A stretch of DNA of 64,000 nucleotides, from the IMG/VR virus record IMGVR_UViG_3300046517_002304, positions 62,001 to 126,000 of that record; one strand, 5' to 3'. Positions 52,892 to 62,607 of this stretch are shown one piece after another. The translations under genes were made by a program, and so were the position numbers. The number at the start of each line of letters is the position of its first letter. Position 1 is the stretch's first letter. The notes beneath the pieces were generated by a model, which did not search any database, had not been told where the DNA came from, and saw only the letters and a program-made list of their open reading frames with translations.

Positions 52892-55090
52892 TCCAGTATC
52901 GTTTCTAGACGGAGCAACTGGCAAAGCCGAACTTACCGTAAATGTGCCATTGCTAAAGGCAGAAACATGAGCAGACAACCCTTTACACGCTCCCGAAGTA
53001 AACCCTATAACCGATCCTACCCAGAAAGATGTAGCATCAGTTCTGTTGGTCGTTATTGACGTTGTGCTACTCCCTAGCCCCACTACAAACTCTGTAAATG
53101 CACCATCATCACCTTGTGCATTTCCAAACTGAAATTCTCTAGTCTGTGGAATACCCCCAGTAACGGAATTAGATACTTGGCTGATATAGATTGATCCAAC
53201 CGTAAATGCCGAAAGCTGATTGATAGCATAGGTCCAAATTCCAGTAGCCGTCGTTGCATTATTAATGGTCTGATGCTTCATATTATCTGTGGATTTAACA
53301 GGGGTTCCGACAATAAAGGCATTTGTACTAAAATCATAATTTCTTAAAGATCCATCGCTTTGTAGCTCAAATATAGAAATTGTAGTTGTGCCTGAAGAAG
53401 CTGGATTCCCACTGTCTATAAAAAAGTTACGGAATATAATTGCTTTGCTTGTTTGTCTAACGTCAATCCCCTTAACTCCAGAGTTAGATGAAATATAAAA
53501 GGGAAAATTTCTTTTTTCCACAACACGGTTTAATGTCTTCTGATAGCCAAGCAAAGAATCAAGATAAATCTGCTTAATTTCTTGTGCAGTTAATGGACGA
53601 TTCCATATTCTTGCGTCATCTACTAAGCCATTAAAAAAGTTAGATGCAGTGCCGCTAGCATTCGCGCCAATGCGTATCGGTAGACCTGCTGCTGTCGGAT
53701 CTACCGATTGCGGAGTTGATGCTATTTGGTTCCCATTTACATAGAGGTATAGATTGAGTCCATCCCATACCATACCGATATGCGCCCATTTACCTACTGC
53801 CCATCCATCGGGAAACTGTGTGTGGTTAGCCGATCCGGTATTATTCAATTCTACTTGCCACCGTGAAGCATTAGAAATAATGCCGAAACAATTTATGTCA
53901 TTCCAGATATTTCCCTTAGCAAATACTACGCCTCCTGTTGTCGATAGTGGTTTAGCCCATATTGATAAAGATCCAACGTGCGTAAGGTTAAGCGATGCTT
54001 TATCTGCTATTTCAACGTATGTCGCACTGCCGTCTAGTTGAATATACCCAAATCCGCCCTGTCTCATATTGGATTTAAATCCAGTTGTAGCTTGCGCCAC
54101 TCCAGAGAGCGTTCCGTGGTTCTGGTTAAGTAGGTCAAGCCACTTTGGCCCACCTATTTTGTTGGGTAAACATAACCACCATGCTATTAGTCCTTTGTTT
54201 AGCGGATTACGTTGATTTATTAACTGTGTTTGGCGTAAATTATTTATAATGCTTGGCTGGCTAGTGTTAGGGCCGTTAGGATAGTTAACAATGTTGTTGT
54301 TTCCGATATTGATTTTCTTAGTTGTGCGATTAATTAGATTAGGATAACCCTGTATTGAATTCTGATAGACTTGACTTATTTCCCTCGCCATCAACGCACG
54401 GTTATAGATGCGACAATCGTCTAATTGTCCACCGAAATTCCTGAGGTTTGAATTTCTGCCGAATGCTCCAGCCGTTTGTAGCGTTACATTTTTTCCAGCA
54501 TAACTAAATATGCCACTGTCGCTTTTGCCATTCAGGTAATAGATTACATTTAATCCAGCGTCCATTGTTACAGCAACGTGGTACCAGATACCTACCGTTA
54601 TTGCCGTTCTGCTAATGCCAACTGGATTGTAATCGCCTGATCGGCCCAGTGAAATAAAAGCTGAATTGCTGCCACCGCCGCCGTTATTCCCAAACTCCAT
54701 TCCCGCGTCACCGATACTATCTGCCGCGCAAAACCACGATTGTATTGTTGCCTCAGGAACTACCGAACGCTTAACCCAACAGCATAGCGTATAGATAGAC
54801 AATGCTGGAAATGTAACATTTATTGCGTCATCTACGCCGTCAAACTGAACGGCACCGAATGCACCGCGGCGAGTAGAGCCGCGAAAGCCACTTGCCCCAG
54901 TTGCCATGCTGGTGAGGGTGCCGTGATTAGCTCCTACTATGTCATACCATTTCACGCTGCCCGCCTTACTTGGTAGACAAAGGTACCAGGCCACTAGGCC
55001 AGACATAAGGGGATTCTTGCTGTTAATTAAGCTAGTTTGATTTATATTGTTGCTGGATACAACGAATGGTTTAGAATTTTTTAACAGCAT
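52874..55090 (-). CDS. LamG virion protein B (2 LamG domains plus conserved C-terminal module)
   Basis: Paralogue of 47762..50848; TAAATA-N4-ATG. Confidence 0.88.
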   Translation of the reverse strand: MLLKNSKPFVVSSNNINQTSLINSKNPLMSGLVAWYLCLPSKAGSVKWYDIVGANHGTLTSMATGASGFRGSTRRGAFGAVQFDGVDDAINVTFPALSIYTLCCWVKRSVVPEATIQSWFCAADSIGDAGMEFGNNGGGGSNSAFISLGRSGDYNPVGISRTAITVGIWYHVAVTMDAGLNVIYYLNGKSDSGIFSYAGKNVTLQTAGAFGRNSNLRNFGGQLDDCRIYNRALMAREISQVYQNSIQGYPNLINRTTKKINIGNNNIVNYPNGPNTSQPSIINNLRQTQLINQRNPLNKGLIAWWLCLPNKIGGPKWLDLLNQNHGTLSGVAQATTGFKSNMRQGGFGYIQLDGSATYVEIADKASLNLTHVGSLSIWAKPLSTTGGVVFAKGNIWNDINCFGIISNASRWQVELNNTGSANHTQFPDGWAVGKWAHIGMVWDGLNLYLYVNGNQIASTPQSVDPTAAGLPIRIGANASGTASNFFNGLVDDARIWNRPLTAQEIKQIYLDSLLGYQKTLNRVVEKRNFPFYISSNSGVKGIDVRQTSKAIIFRNFFIDSGNPASSGTTTISIFELQSDGSLRNYDFSTNAFIVGTPVKSTDNMKHQTINNATTATGIWTYAINQLSAFTVGSIYISQVSNSVTGGIPQTREFQFGNAQGDDGAFTEFVVGLGSSTTSITTNRTDATSFWVGSVIGFTSGACKGLSAHVSAFSNGTFTVSSALPVAPSRNDTGLIFGF
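54903..54962. repeat. 60-nt near-identical segment (1 mismatch) shared with 59461..59520
   Basis: GCCATGCTGGTGAGGGTGCCGTGATTAG[C/T]TCCTACTATGTCATACCATTTCACGCTGCCC in LamG genes B and D. Confidence 0.9.
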
Positions 55091-55097
55091 ATAGTAT

Positions 55098-57335
55098 TTA
55101 CTGCACGCTTATGATAATCCCTCTATCCCCTACATTTGGTGTACTTGGCAAACTAGCCGATAATGTAAATGATCCCCCTGAATATGAAGATACTTTTGCA
55201 CTTTTACCTTTAAGGCTTCCTGTAGTAAATGCTATTTCAGCACTATTCCAGTAGCCTGATGCTTCGGTGCGATTAGTGTTTAATACCGTCAAGCTATTGT
55301 TTGGTTTGGCGACAAACTCTTGAAAGAATCCATCGTCACCCGGTTGGTTTCCGAATTGAAATTCTTGTGCCTGCCACATTGGGGACGCATTAGAATTGTT
55401 AAACTCAGCTATGTACATGGCTCCATTTGTAAACGCTTGTGTATTAAATAAAGCATAGGTCCACATGCCAGTATTGCCTTGTTGCTTTGCCGTTATCGAT
55501 GGACTACTTAATGTTCCGTAAGAAAAAGTGTTGGTAGACCAATCATATTGTTTTAAATCGCCATCAGATTGAATTTCAAAAAGATAAATTTGTGTTGATC
55601 CTGTTGTGACGGCCGCACCACTATTGTTTAGCATACATGATCTTAAAACAAGTTCAGTATTAGTTTGAACAATATCAATGCCTTTGAATCCTGAATTTTT
55701 GTTCGCAGGAAAATAGCCAAACCTAGATGTATGGTTTAGTAAACCTGGATAGCCTTGTAATGAATTAAGGTACATTGCCTGAATTTCGCTTATATTTAGC
55801 TTACGATTATAAAAGCGAACGTCATTAATATTGCCTTTAAAGAAATAGTTTGCATTACCTGAACTTTGTGCTGCCCCGATCATGGTTGGTGTTGTAAAAC
55901 TATTAATATTTGCGAATGTTCCAGCAGTCACATTTGAATCGTCTACACGAGCGCCATTTAAATATACTTGAATCGCTGCTGTTGTAGTTCCTCCGTTGTA
56001 GGATGCCGCAACATGATGCCATTTGTTTGTCGGTAGAGTGCCGCTGTAGTAACGTCCTATAAATGCTCCATTAGCATCGTCGTAGCAGATCAATGCCAGT
56101 TGTGAACCATTATTTGCATTGAAGTTAAAAATATACTCTTTTGCCACGCCAACGCTATCTTTATATTTTGCAAGAATGGTAGGTGCTCCGCCAGTAGTAT
56201 TAAAAGAGCTGGCATTGACCCATGCCGATACTGTGAATGCTCCACTGGGATGTAGAACATTTCCAGCATTAGCATTGAACGCAGTGTTGTCAAATAGTAA
56301 TGAACCAAATCCACCTTGATGTGTAGTAGGTCTAAATCCATTAGCGGTAGAATTAACTCTCACTAATGCAGCATGATTCTGTCCTACTATATCTAAGAAT
56401 GCGCTGCTGCCCAGTTTACTCGGTAAGGCTAGCCACCAAGCCGATAAGCCATTTGCCAAAGCATGTTTTCGGTTTACTAATTGTGTATGCCTTAGATTAT
56501 TCTTGATTGTTGGTTGACTAGTGCTAGGGCCATTCGGTGATTGGACAACGGCAAGAGGCCCAATGTTCATTTTGCGAATCGTACGATTGATCAATCCGGG
56601 GTATCCCTGTTGGCTGTTGTGATACATTTGAGCAATTTCTATTGCGCTTAATCCGCGATTATAAACTCGTACATCATCCATATTGCCATTAAAATGATTA
56701 GTGGCACTCCCTCCCTGGAAATAACCAAGCTGATAGTCTAATCCACTAGAGTAGGTTCGTGTAATAGTAACAGAGGTATCTTGTTTTCCGTTTACATACA
56801 AAGTCATGGTTGTAGATAAATATGTAACGGCGACATGATACCATTGATTTAAAACGAAAACTGTATTTGATATTATATCATCAGCGACGTTTACTTTGCC
56901 GAAATGTAGTTTTGAGTCAGATCCGGCAACGTAAAATTCATAACCATTAGCAGGCCCGGAAATAATATTATTGTTTCTAGCGACTATTACTGTTTGATAA
57001 ATCCATGCAGATATAGTTAATGGTGCTCCAGTAATATTAAGAATGGCAGGACTACCAAGATCTGCTGCCGTAGTTACACCGTCAAATAGTAGTGAGCCAA
57101 AACCGCCAGGGCGACTACTACCACGGAATCCGTTAGAAGATGGAAACACACCAGTAAGCGCTCCATTATTTCTATATCCAGAAATATCATGCCACTTAGC
57201 ACTTCCCATTCTGTGTGGCAAACATAACCACCATCCCACAAGACCCTTTGCTAGAGGATGCTTGCGATTAACTGGATCGGATTGATTGACGTTGTTTTGA
57301 GCAACGGCAAAAGGATTAGATATCGTTATCGGCAT
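55098..57335 (-). CDS. LamG virion protein C (2 LamG domains plus conserved C-terminal module)
   Basis: Paralogue; TACATA-N4-ATG. Confidence 0.88.
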   Translation of the reverse strand: MPITISNPFAVAQNNVNQSDPVNRKHPLAKGLVGWWLCLPHRMGSAKWHDISGYRNNGALTGVFPSSNGFRGSSRPGGFGSLLFDGVTTAADLGSPAILNITGAPLTISAWIYQTVIVARNNNIISGPANGYEFYVAGSDSKLHFGKVNVADDIISNTVFVLNQWYHVAVTYLSTTMTLYVNGKQDTSVTITRTYSSGLDYQLGYFQGGSATNHFNGNMDDVRVYNRGLSAIEIAQMYHNSQQGYPGLINRTIRKMNIGPLAVVQSPNGPSTSQPTIKNNLRHTQLVNRKHALANGLSAWWLALPSKLGSSAFLDIVGQNHAALVRVNSTANGFRPTTHQGGFGSLLFDNTAFNANAGNVLHPSGAFTVSAWVNASSFNTTGGAPTILAKYKDSVGVAKEYIFNFNANNGSQLALICYDDANGAFIGRYYSGTLPTNKWHHVAASYNGGTTTAAIQVYLNGARVDDSNVTAGTFANINSFTTPTMIGAAQSSGNANYFFKGNINDVRFYNRKLNISEIQAMYLNSLQGYPGLLNHTSRFGYFPANKNSGFKGIDIVQTNTELVLRSCMLNNSGAAVTTGSTQIYLFEIQSDGDLKQYDWSTNTFSYGTLSSPSITAKQQGNTGMWTYALFNTQAFTNGAMYIAEFNNSNASPMWQAQEFQFGNQPGDDGFFQEFVAKPNNSLTVLNTNRTEASGYWNSAEIAFTTGSLKGKSAKVSSYSGGSFTLSASLPSTPNVGDRGIIISVQ

Positions 57336-57347
57336 ATTATATGTATT

Positions 57348-59648
57348 TTATTGACTACCTATTATGACGCCGCTATCGCCGATAGATGGAGTGCTTGGAA
57401 GACTTGTTTTTAAAGTAAACGACCCGCTTGTGTAAGATAGTACTCTTGCCGATATGCCTCTTAAAGATCCGGTAGAAAATGCTATTAAAGAGTTGTTCCA
57501 AAAACTTGTCGCTTCTGATCGGTTTGTCTTAATAGTTAAATTGGTTGAGCCTGGAGTAATAATAAATTTTACGAATGCTCCGTCATCGCCCTGAGCATCG
57601 CCGTATTGGAATTCTTTTGCTTGTACAGCAGGAAAGGCGTTTGTATTTGTGATCTGCGAAATATAAACAGACCCTACATTAAATCCTTGTAGCTGAGCCA
57701 AAGAATATGTCCAGATACCCGTGTTAAATGTTCTATTATTAGTGGTCCTATGAACCATATTAGCTTGTGATTTAACTACTGATCCAGTGGTAAATGCATT
57801 ATTATTAAAGTCAAAAGTTTTGATAGATCCATCTGATTGAACCTCATAAATAGACATCAAGGTATTGCCTGATGTGACCTGATTGCCATTTAGATCCACT
57901 AAGAGTGTTCGTATTACTAATTGTTTAGATGTTTGCTTGACATCTATGCCCTTGATACCTAGGTTAATCGGGGGTGAAATAAATCCTGAATTTGCGTATG
58001 TATTTAATCTTGTGCTGATTTTGCCTAACGTCTTCTGATAGCCAGATAAGCTGTCTAGATAAACCTGCTGAATCTCTTTAGGTACCAGATCCCTCCCGTA
58101 AATTCTAACGTCGTCAATTCTTCCGCTGAATGTACTAGCTTCATTGAAAGCAAACGCACCGATTCTGATATTTCCCGATGTTGTGTCTATTGCTCCCATT
58201 GATGCATTAGAGTTACTCGCGTTGAATACACCATTGATATATAACTCGCCGCTAGTCCCCCGCTTGATTAATGCAACGTGATACCAAGTATTCGGATTAA
58301 TGATCGTTTGAGACTGAGGTACAGTTGAGTTGCCAGAACCGTCTCGCAGCACAGCAGATAATTTATTAAAACCCCCGCCGCTCTGGCCTAAGCCAAGATC
58401 TAATCGTGCGGTTCCACCAGCGCTCGCCATTGCAAATATACATTGTCCTGCACCTATAGCACTTGAATTAAACCAAGCCATTGCGGTGATATTGCCGTTT
58501 GTATTATTAGCTGGCGATAGCTTCGCCATATTTCCGCCGATTAAAACATCGTGCAATACTGTTGCGTCAAATTGCACAGAGCCAAAGCCGCCTTGTCTAG
58601 TGTTAGGTTTGAATACTAAAGCAGGATCTCCGAATTTGCCATGAAACGTATTGAGTAAGTCAAACCATTTGCCTGCGCCCATTCTGCCGGGCACACATAA
58701 CCACCAGGCGAGCAATCCATTATTCAGACTGCTACGCCGATTGACTAACTGATTCTGCTTTAGGTTATTCCTGATTATTGGCTGGCTGGTGTTAGGACCA
58801 TTCGGATAATTCACAATGTTAACTGATCCATTCCAGATTCGCTTTGTTGTGCGATTAATTAAATTAGGATAGCCTTGTTGGCTATTTTGATACAGTTGAT
58901 TTATTTCATTAGCAGACAGTGCGCGATTGTAAAACCGCACATCGTCAACATTGCCGGCTAAGAAGGAATCTGCGATAACTCCACCTCTTTGCCTTGCTCC
59001 AATTGTTACATTGTCCCGATTAATAGGACCGCTTAACCATAGCCCATCATTAGAGTTTGTGACTGCTGTCGCTATTTCTTGCTTGCCGTCTACAAATAAT
59101 AAATACGCAGAACCGTTAGACATAACTGCAACGTGGTGCCATTTGCCATCGCCTATATTTGTTCCGCCTCTTACTCGCCTGTATCCATTTAGCGTGCTTT
59201 CCGCCTCAACTGTTATATTAGTGGTACTGACACCCGTAACAGCAAGCATGTAGAGATAGTTTGCGTTTCCCCCCTCATCTGCCGTTCCGCAGATATATCC
59301 TGATGCCGTGGAAGTATTGATCCATGCCGTTATTGTGCCGGTAAGCGTAGTTCCGCCAAAGTTAGCGATTGATTCGTATACGTAACCAGCCGTTCCATCC
59401 AGTAACATTGAGCCAAATCCACCCTTACGACTACTGCCACGAAATCCATTAGTGGCCTGAGCCATGCTGGTGAGGGTGCCGTGATTAGTTCCTACTATGT
59501 CATACCATTTCACGCTGCCCATTCTGGTAGGCAGGCAGAGCCACCAGGCGAGCAACCCATTTGCAAGATTATGCTTACGATTGACTGGATTAGGGTAATC
59601 AATATTATTAGCAGATATAGAAAACAACTGTGAGCTAATTAATGGCAT
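57348..59648 (-). CDS. LamG virion protein D (2 LamG domains plus conserved C-terminal module)
   Basis: Paralogue; N-terminus MPLISSQLFSIS identical to protein A; TACATA-N4-ATG. Confidence 0.88.
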   Translation of the reverse strand: MPLISSQLFSISANNIDYPNPVNRKHNLANGLLAWWLCLPTRMGSVKWYDIVGTNHGTLTSMAQATNGFRGSSRKGGFGSMLLDGTAGYVYESIANFGGTTLTGTITAWINTSTASGYICGTADEGGNANYLYMLAVTGVSTTNITVEAESTLNGYRRVRGGTNIGDGKWHHVAVMSNGSAYLLFVDGKQEIATAVTNSNDGLWLSGPINRDNVTIGARQRGGVIADSFLAGNVDDVRFYNRALSANEINQLYQNSQQGYPNLINRTTKRIWNGSVNIVNYPNGPNTSQPIIRNNLKQNQLVNRRSSLNNGLLAWWLCVPGRMGAGKWFDLLNTFHGKFGDPALVFKPNTRQGGFGSVQFDATVLHDVLIGGNMAKLSPANNTNGNITAMAWFNSSAIGAGQCIFAMASAGGTARLDLGLGQSGGGFNKLSAVLRDGSGNSTVPQSQTIINPNTWYHVALIKRGTSGELYINGVFNASNSNASMGAIDTTSGNIRIGAFAFNEASTFSGRIDDVRIYGRDLVPKEIQQVYLDSLSGYQKTLGKISTRLNTYANSGFISPPINLGIKGIDVKQTSKQLVIRTLLVDLNGNQVTSGNTLMSIYEVQSDGSIKTFDFNNNAFTTGSVVKSQANMVHRTTNNRTFNTGIWTYSLAQLQGFNVGSVYISQITNTNAFPAVQAKEFQYGDAQGDDGAFVKFIITPGSTNLTIKTNRSEATSFWNNSLIAFSTGSLRGISARVLSYTSGSFTLKTSLPSTPSIGDSGVIIGSQ

Positions 59649-59658
59649 ACAGTATGTA

Positions 59659-61086
59659 TTATAGGTTACCGCCAGTTAGTATGCCGCGATTTATAGATGG
59701 ATTAGAATGTTGAAATACGCCCATATCTGGAAAACCAGTTTGAGTTAGACCAGGCATAGATCCCGGTATACCATGTCCACGAATTGCGGTCCCTTGATTA
59801 ACTATATTGTTTAGCGTAAAGTCGCCTGTAGACGCACTAGTAAATGGTGTCCCTGCTGTAATTACAATGTCAAGAGTATTAGTGTATGGTGAAACTCCAT
59901 TTATTGTATTGGTTGTTGTATCGTCAACGTTATTTCTATTAGCGGTTGTATTGCTATAATAAGCATTGCCGTCCCAGCCCCTGTCTGCCGAAGTGCCTGC
60001 TCCGATTGAGAAATTAAGACCATAACGACCGTTGTTTGCAAGAATATTGTTTTTTATAATTGTTCCGATTCCGGTATCAGTAGAGCCATAATTAATTCCG
60101 TCTTGTCCGCTTCCGTAAACCGTATTTCCTATAATTAAAGTATTGTCGGTGTCGGCAATCTGTATTCCATCTGTAGGTGATCCAGTATTATTTGTAACAA
60201 GATTACCTATTACTCGCCCGCGGGCTGACGCCACTCGTATACCCGCGCAAACGTTGTCGTGTACATAGCAGTTCATACAAGTATTCGCTGTTCCACCGAG
60301 AAGAATGGCTCTACCACCTCCTGAAGTTCCTCCTGTCACCTCGCAATCGCTACAACTAGCATCAGAACTAGTCATATTAATTCCAGTATTAATAAAATTA
60401 GAAACTTTGCAATTTCTTGCTCGGCAGTAAGCATTTAAAGTTATTCCGACAGAAGTCGCAAGAGATGAGCAGTTAACATTAAAATTATCAAACCATACAC
60501 CGGTACCTGTTGCATTTAATCCTGTTAATCCTGAGCTTGTGGATAAAACAATTGACACTATGCCCTTGTCGTTACGAGCAGAAGTATATCCTATTACTTT
60601 TGCTGCTGGCGCGGCGTTTGTCGGTGTAGTAGATGTAGCAAAAGTAAAACTGGCAGTGGTGGTGATTGCTCCCTCTGCCTTGACAAATATTTTATTAGAA
60701 GCGACATAGTTTGTGGCTGCTTGAGTTATTGTACGAAGTGCACCGCCGATTCTGAGTGTAACTCCGGTTCCTGTAGTTAGTCCTGTTGACCTGTCTACAG
60801 TAATAGATGTGGCCGAATTTCGTACGGTTATTTGATACCACGCGGCAACAACGTTTCCGGTGCCTCCGGTAACATACATTATGTTTCCGACTACATCTGT
60901 GCCGAAATTAGCTGTGCCACTAGTAATAGTAGTAGTTCCTGCCGTAACTCCATCCACTACATTGTATTGTGGGTTTGTTTGCTGGCTCCAATCAGTTCCG
61001 GTAGCTCCAGCAACGAAACCCCCGCCATTTATGTCGCTTCCTGTAACAGGGCGTACTTCCCATGCTGTATTTGCGCTAACTGCCAT
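59659..61086 (-). CDS. Right-handed parallel beta-helix (pectate-lyase-fold) virion protein
   Basis: Repeating xxNxVxxN...GI pattern (GNLVTNNTG..DGI, GNTVYGSGQDGI, NNILANNGRYG); C-terminal PDMGVFQH; TATATA-N4-ATG. Confidence 0.8.
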   Translation of the reverse strand: MAVSANTAWEVRPVTGSDINGGGFVAGATGTDWSQQTNPQYNVVDGVTAGTTTITSGTANFGTDVVGNIMYVTGGTGNVVAAWYQITVRNSATSITVDRSTGLTTGTGVTLRIGGALRTITQAATNYVASNKIFVKAEGAITTTASFTFATSTTPTNAAPAAKVIGYTSARNDKGIVSIVLSTSSGLTGLNATGTGVWFDNFNVNCSSLATSVGITLNAYCRARNCKVSNFINTGINMTSSDASCSDCEVTGGTSGGGRAILLGGTANTCMNCYVHDNVCAGIRVASARGRVIGNLVTNNTGSPTDGIQIADTDNTLIIGNTVYGSGQDGINYGSTDTGIGTIIKNNILANNGRYGLNFSIGAGTSADRGWDGNAYYSNTTANRNNVDDTTTNTINGVSPYTNTLDIVITAGTPFTSASTGDFTLNNIVNQGTAIRGHGIPGSMPGLTQTGFPDMGVFQHSNPSINRGILTGGNL

Positions 61087-61102
61087 ACTTTATATATGAA
61101 TC

Positions 61103-61867
61103 TTAAAAATTCATATATAACACCTCAGTTTTTTTCTTAGCCTTAGTATTATGAGCGCCAGTTCTGCATGTGCCGACACATTCCCGCTCTACTCTTCTCC
61201 ATTTAGAAAAATATTTATCCGCTTCTGGGTATTCTGATAAAATAACATTAGATGTTGCATCCATTAAAACAGCGACCATTTGCTGATAATTTACGCCAAA
61301 TTTGTACTCTTTTTCATGGCCCAAATACGGAGGGTCTACGTAAATTAATGTTTTTTCTTGCTGGTAAACTCTAAGTATAGTTTTTATTGCATCTTCTTGT
61401 AATATCTCACAAGATCTTAATCTAGCAGCGGCAGGAAGCACCCTTAGAAACCAATCCGCCCAAACCTCTTGTTTAGGCTTATGTGGGCAAGGAGATTTGT
61501 CTACAGCCCACGTAGACGTGTTACCATTGCCACAGTAAAACTGAACGCTTTTGGCCATGAATAATCTAGCATCTTCTAAGGTCTCCGGATCAACAAAGTC
61601 TCTCCAATTAGTATTACAGTATGGTGTAGCCCATAACATTGCAGCTAACTTTTCTGGCTCTTCTCTTATTTTTTTAAACACATTAATAATTTGACCGTCC
61701 ATATCATTTATAATTTCTATAAATGACCTTGGTTTCTCAAATAATACTGAACAAGATCCTACGAATGGCTCACAGTACGTTCTGTGTTCTGGAAAATGAC
61801 TCACAATCCATTTTGCTAGAGTGGATTTTCCACCATATTGCTTAACTGCGATTTTAATTTTTGGCAT
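61103..61867 (-). CDS. dam: DNA adenine methyltransferase (Dam/D12 family)
   Basis: YGGKS, YCEPFVGS, INDMD, YVDPPY. Confidence 0.92.
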   Translation of the reverse strand: MPKIKIAVKQYGGKSTLAKWIVSHFPEHRTYCEPFVGSCSVLFEKPRSFIEIINDMDGQIINVFKKIREEPEKLAAMLWATPYCNTNWRDFVDPETLEDARLFMAKSVQFYCGNGNTSTWAVDKSPCPHKPKQEVWADWFLRVLPAAARLRSCEILQEDAIKTILRVYQQEKTLIYVDPPYLGHEKEYKFGVNYQQMVAVLMDATSNVILSEYPEADKYFSKWRRVERECVGTCRTGAHNTKAKKKTEVLYMNF

Positions 61868-61868
61868 T

Positions 61869-62564
61869 TTATCCTAATGAAAGTCCACAAACTTCTGTTT
61901 TTTCGCTTAGCTTTATCGCCGATTGATCGTAGTCTTTCAGAGATAGTTTTTTAATAGCCAGATGGTGCGTTTCAATCCTAGGATCAAAGTAAGCTTTTAC
62001 GCCGACCTGTTTGCAACGCCTAAAGAAAGAATGGTCCTCTGATAATGGATGAAGAATTGAAAAAGGCTCTTCATCTAGTTCTTTCTTGATTTTATCAAAC
62101 ACGCATCGCCTAACCATTAAGGCACCCGCTCCAGCAGATCCGATTTCCATAATTTCTGCATCGCCATCCCAGCCACCTACGGGTTGATAAAGATGATTTG
62201 TTGGATCTTCTAAGTACAATAATGGAGAATGTGGTGGACTTTTATAAGTATAAACGCCAACGATTACGTCAACTTTATGTGAGTCCATACGATGCAATAA
62301 TCTAGCACAAAGATCTGGATCAAACGCATGATCGCAGTCAGTGAAGAACAACCAATCTCCTTTAAAGTTTTTTGCTATTTCATTTCGCGCGGCGCAATGA
62401 TAGCTCATTCTGGTTCTCATATAATTGACATACTCGCCTTGCCTGCAAAGCATTTCTTGATTATATTGAATTAGATTTCCCCATGAATAGCAGAAATCCT
62501 CTAGAACAGCGGGTACGCCGCCCATATAAGCACAAGTTCCCAGACATTTATTTTTAAATAGCAT
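61869..62564 (-). CDS. Glycosyltransferase family 2-like protein
   Basis: ARNEIA, FTDCDH (DxD), GAGALMVRR.VF, SEDHSFF. Confidence 0.85.
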   Translation of the reverse strand: MLFKNKCLGTCAYMGGVPAVLEDFCYSWGNLIQYNQEMLCRQGEYVNYMRTRMSYHCAARNEIAKNFKGDWLFFTDCDHAFDPDLCARLLHRMDSHKVDVIVGVYTYKSPPHSPLLYLEDPTNHLYQPVGGWDGDAEIMEIGSAGAGALMVRRCVFDKIKKELDEEPFSILHPLSEDHSFFRRCKQVGVKAYFDPRIETHHLAIKKLSLKDYDQSAIKLSEKTEVCGLSLG

Positions 62565-62607
62565 TAATTAATTATCCTTAAATTAAAAGTAATTTCTTAC
62601 TAGTGGT

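Noticed and set aside
47762-59648. Diversity-generating retroelement acting on the LamG or LHRxDGPA genes
   Set aside because: No reverse transcriptase in the window; the near-identical repeats are short, both copies are coding, and they lack adenine-specific mismatch patterns.
47762-59648. Invertase-driven shufflon of fibre cassettes
   Set aside because: All four paralogues are co-oriented and complete; no recombinase gene or inverted crossover sites were seen.
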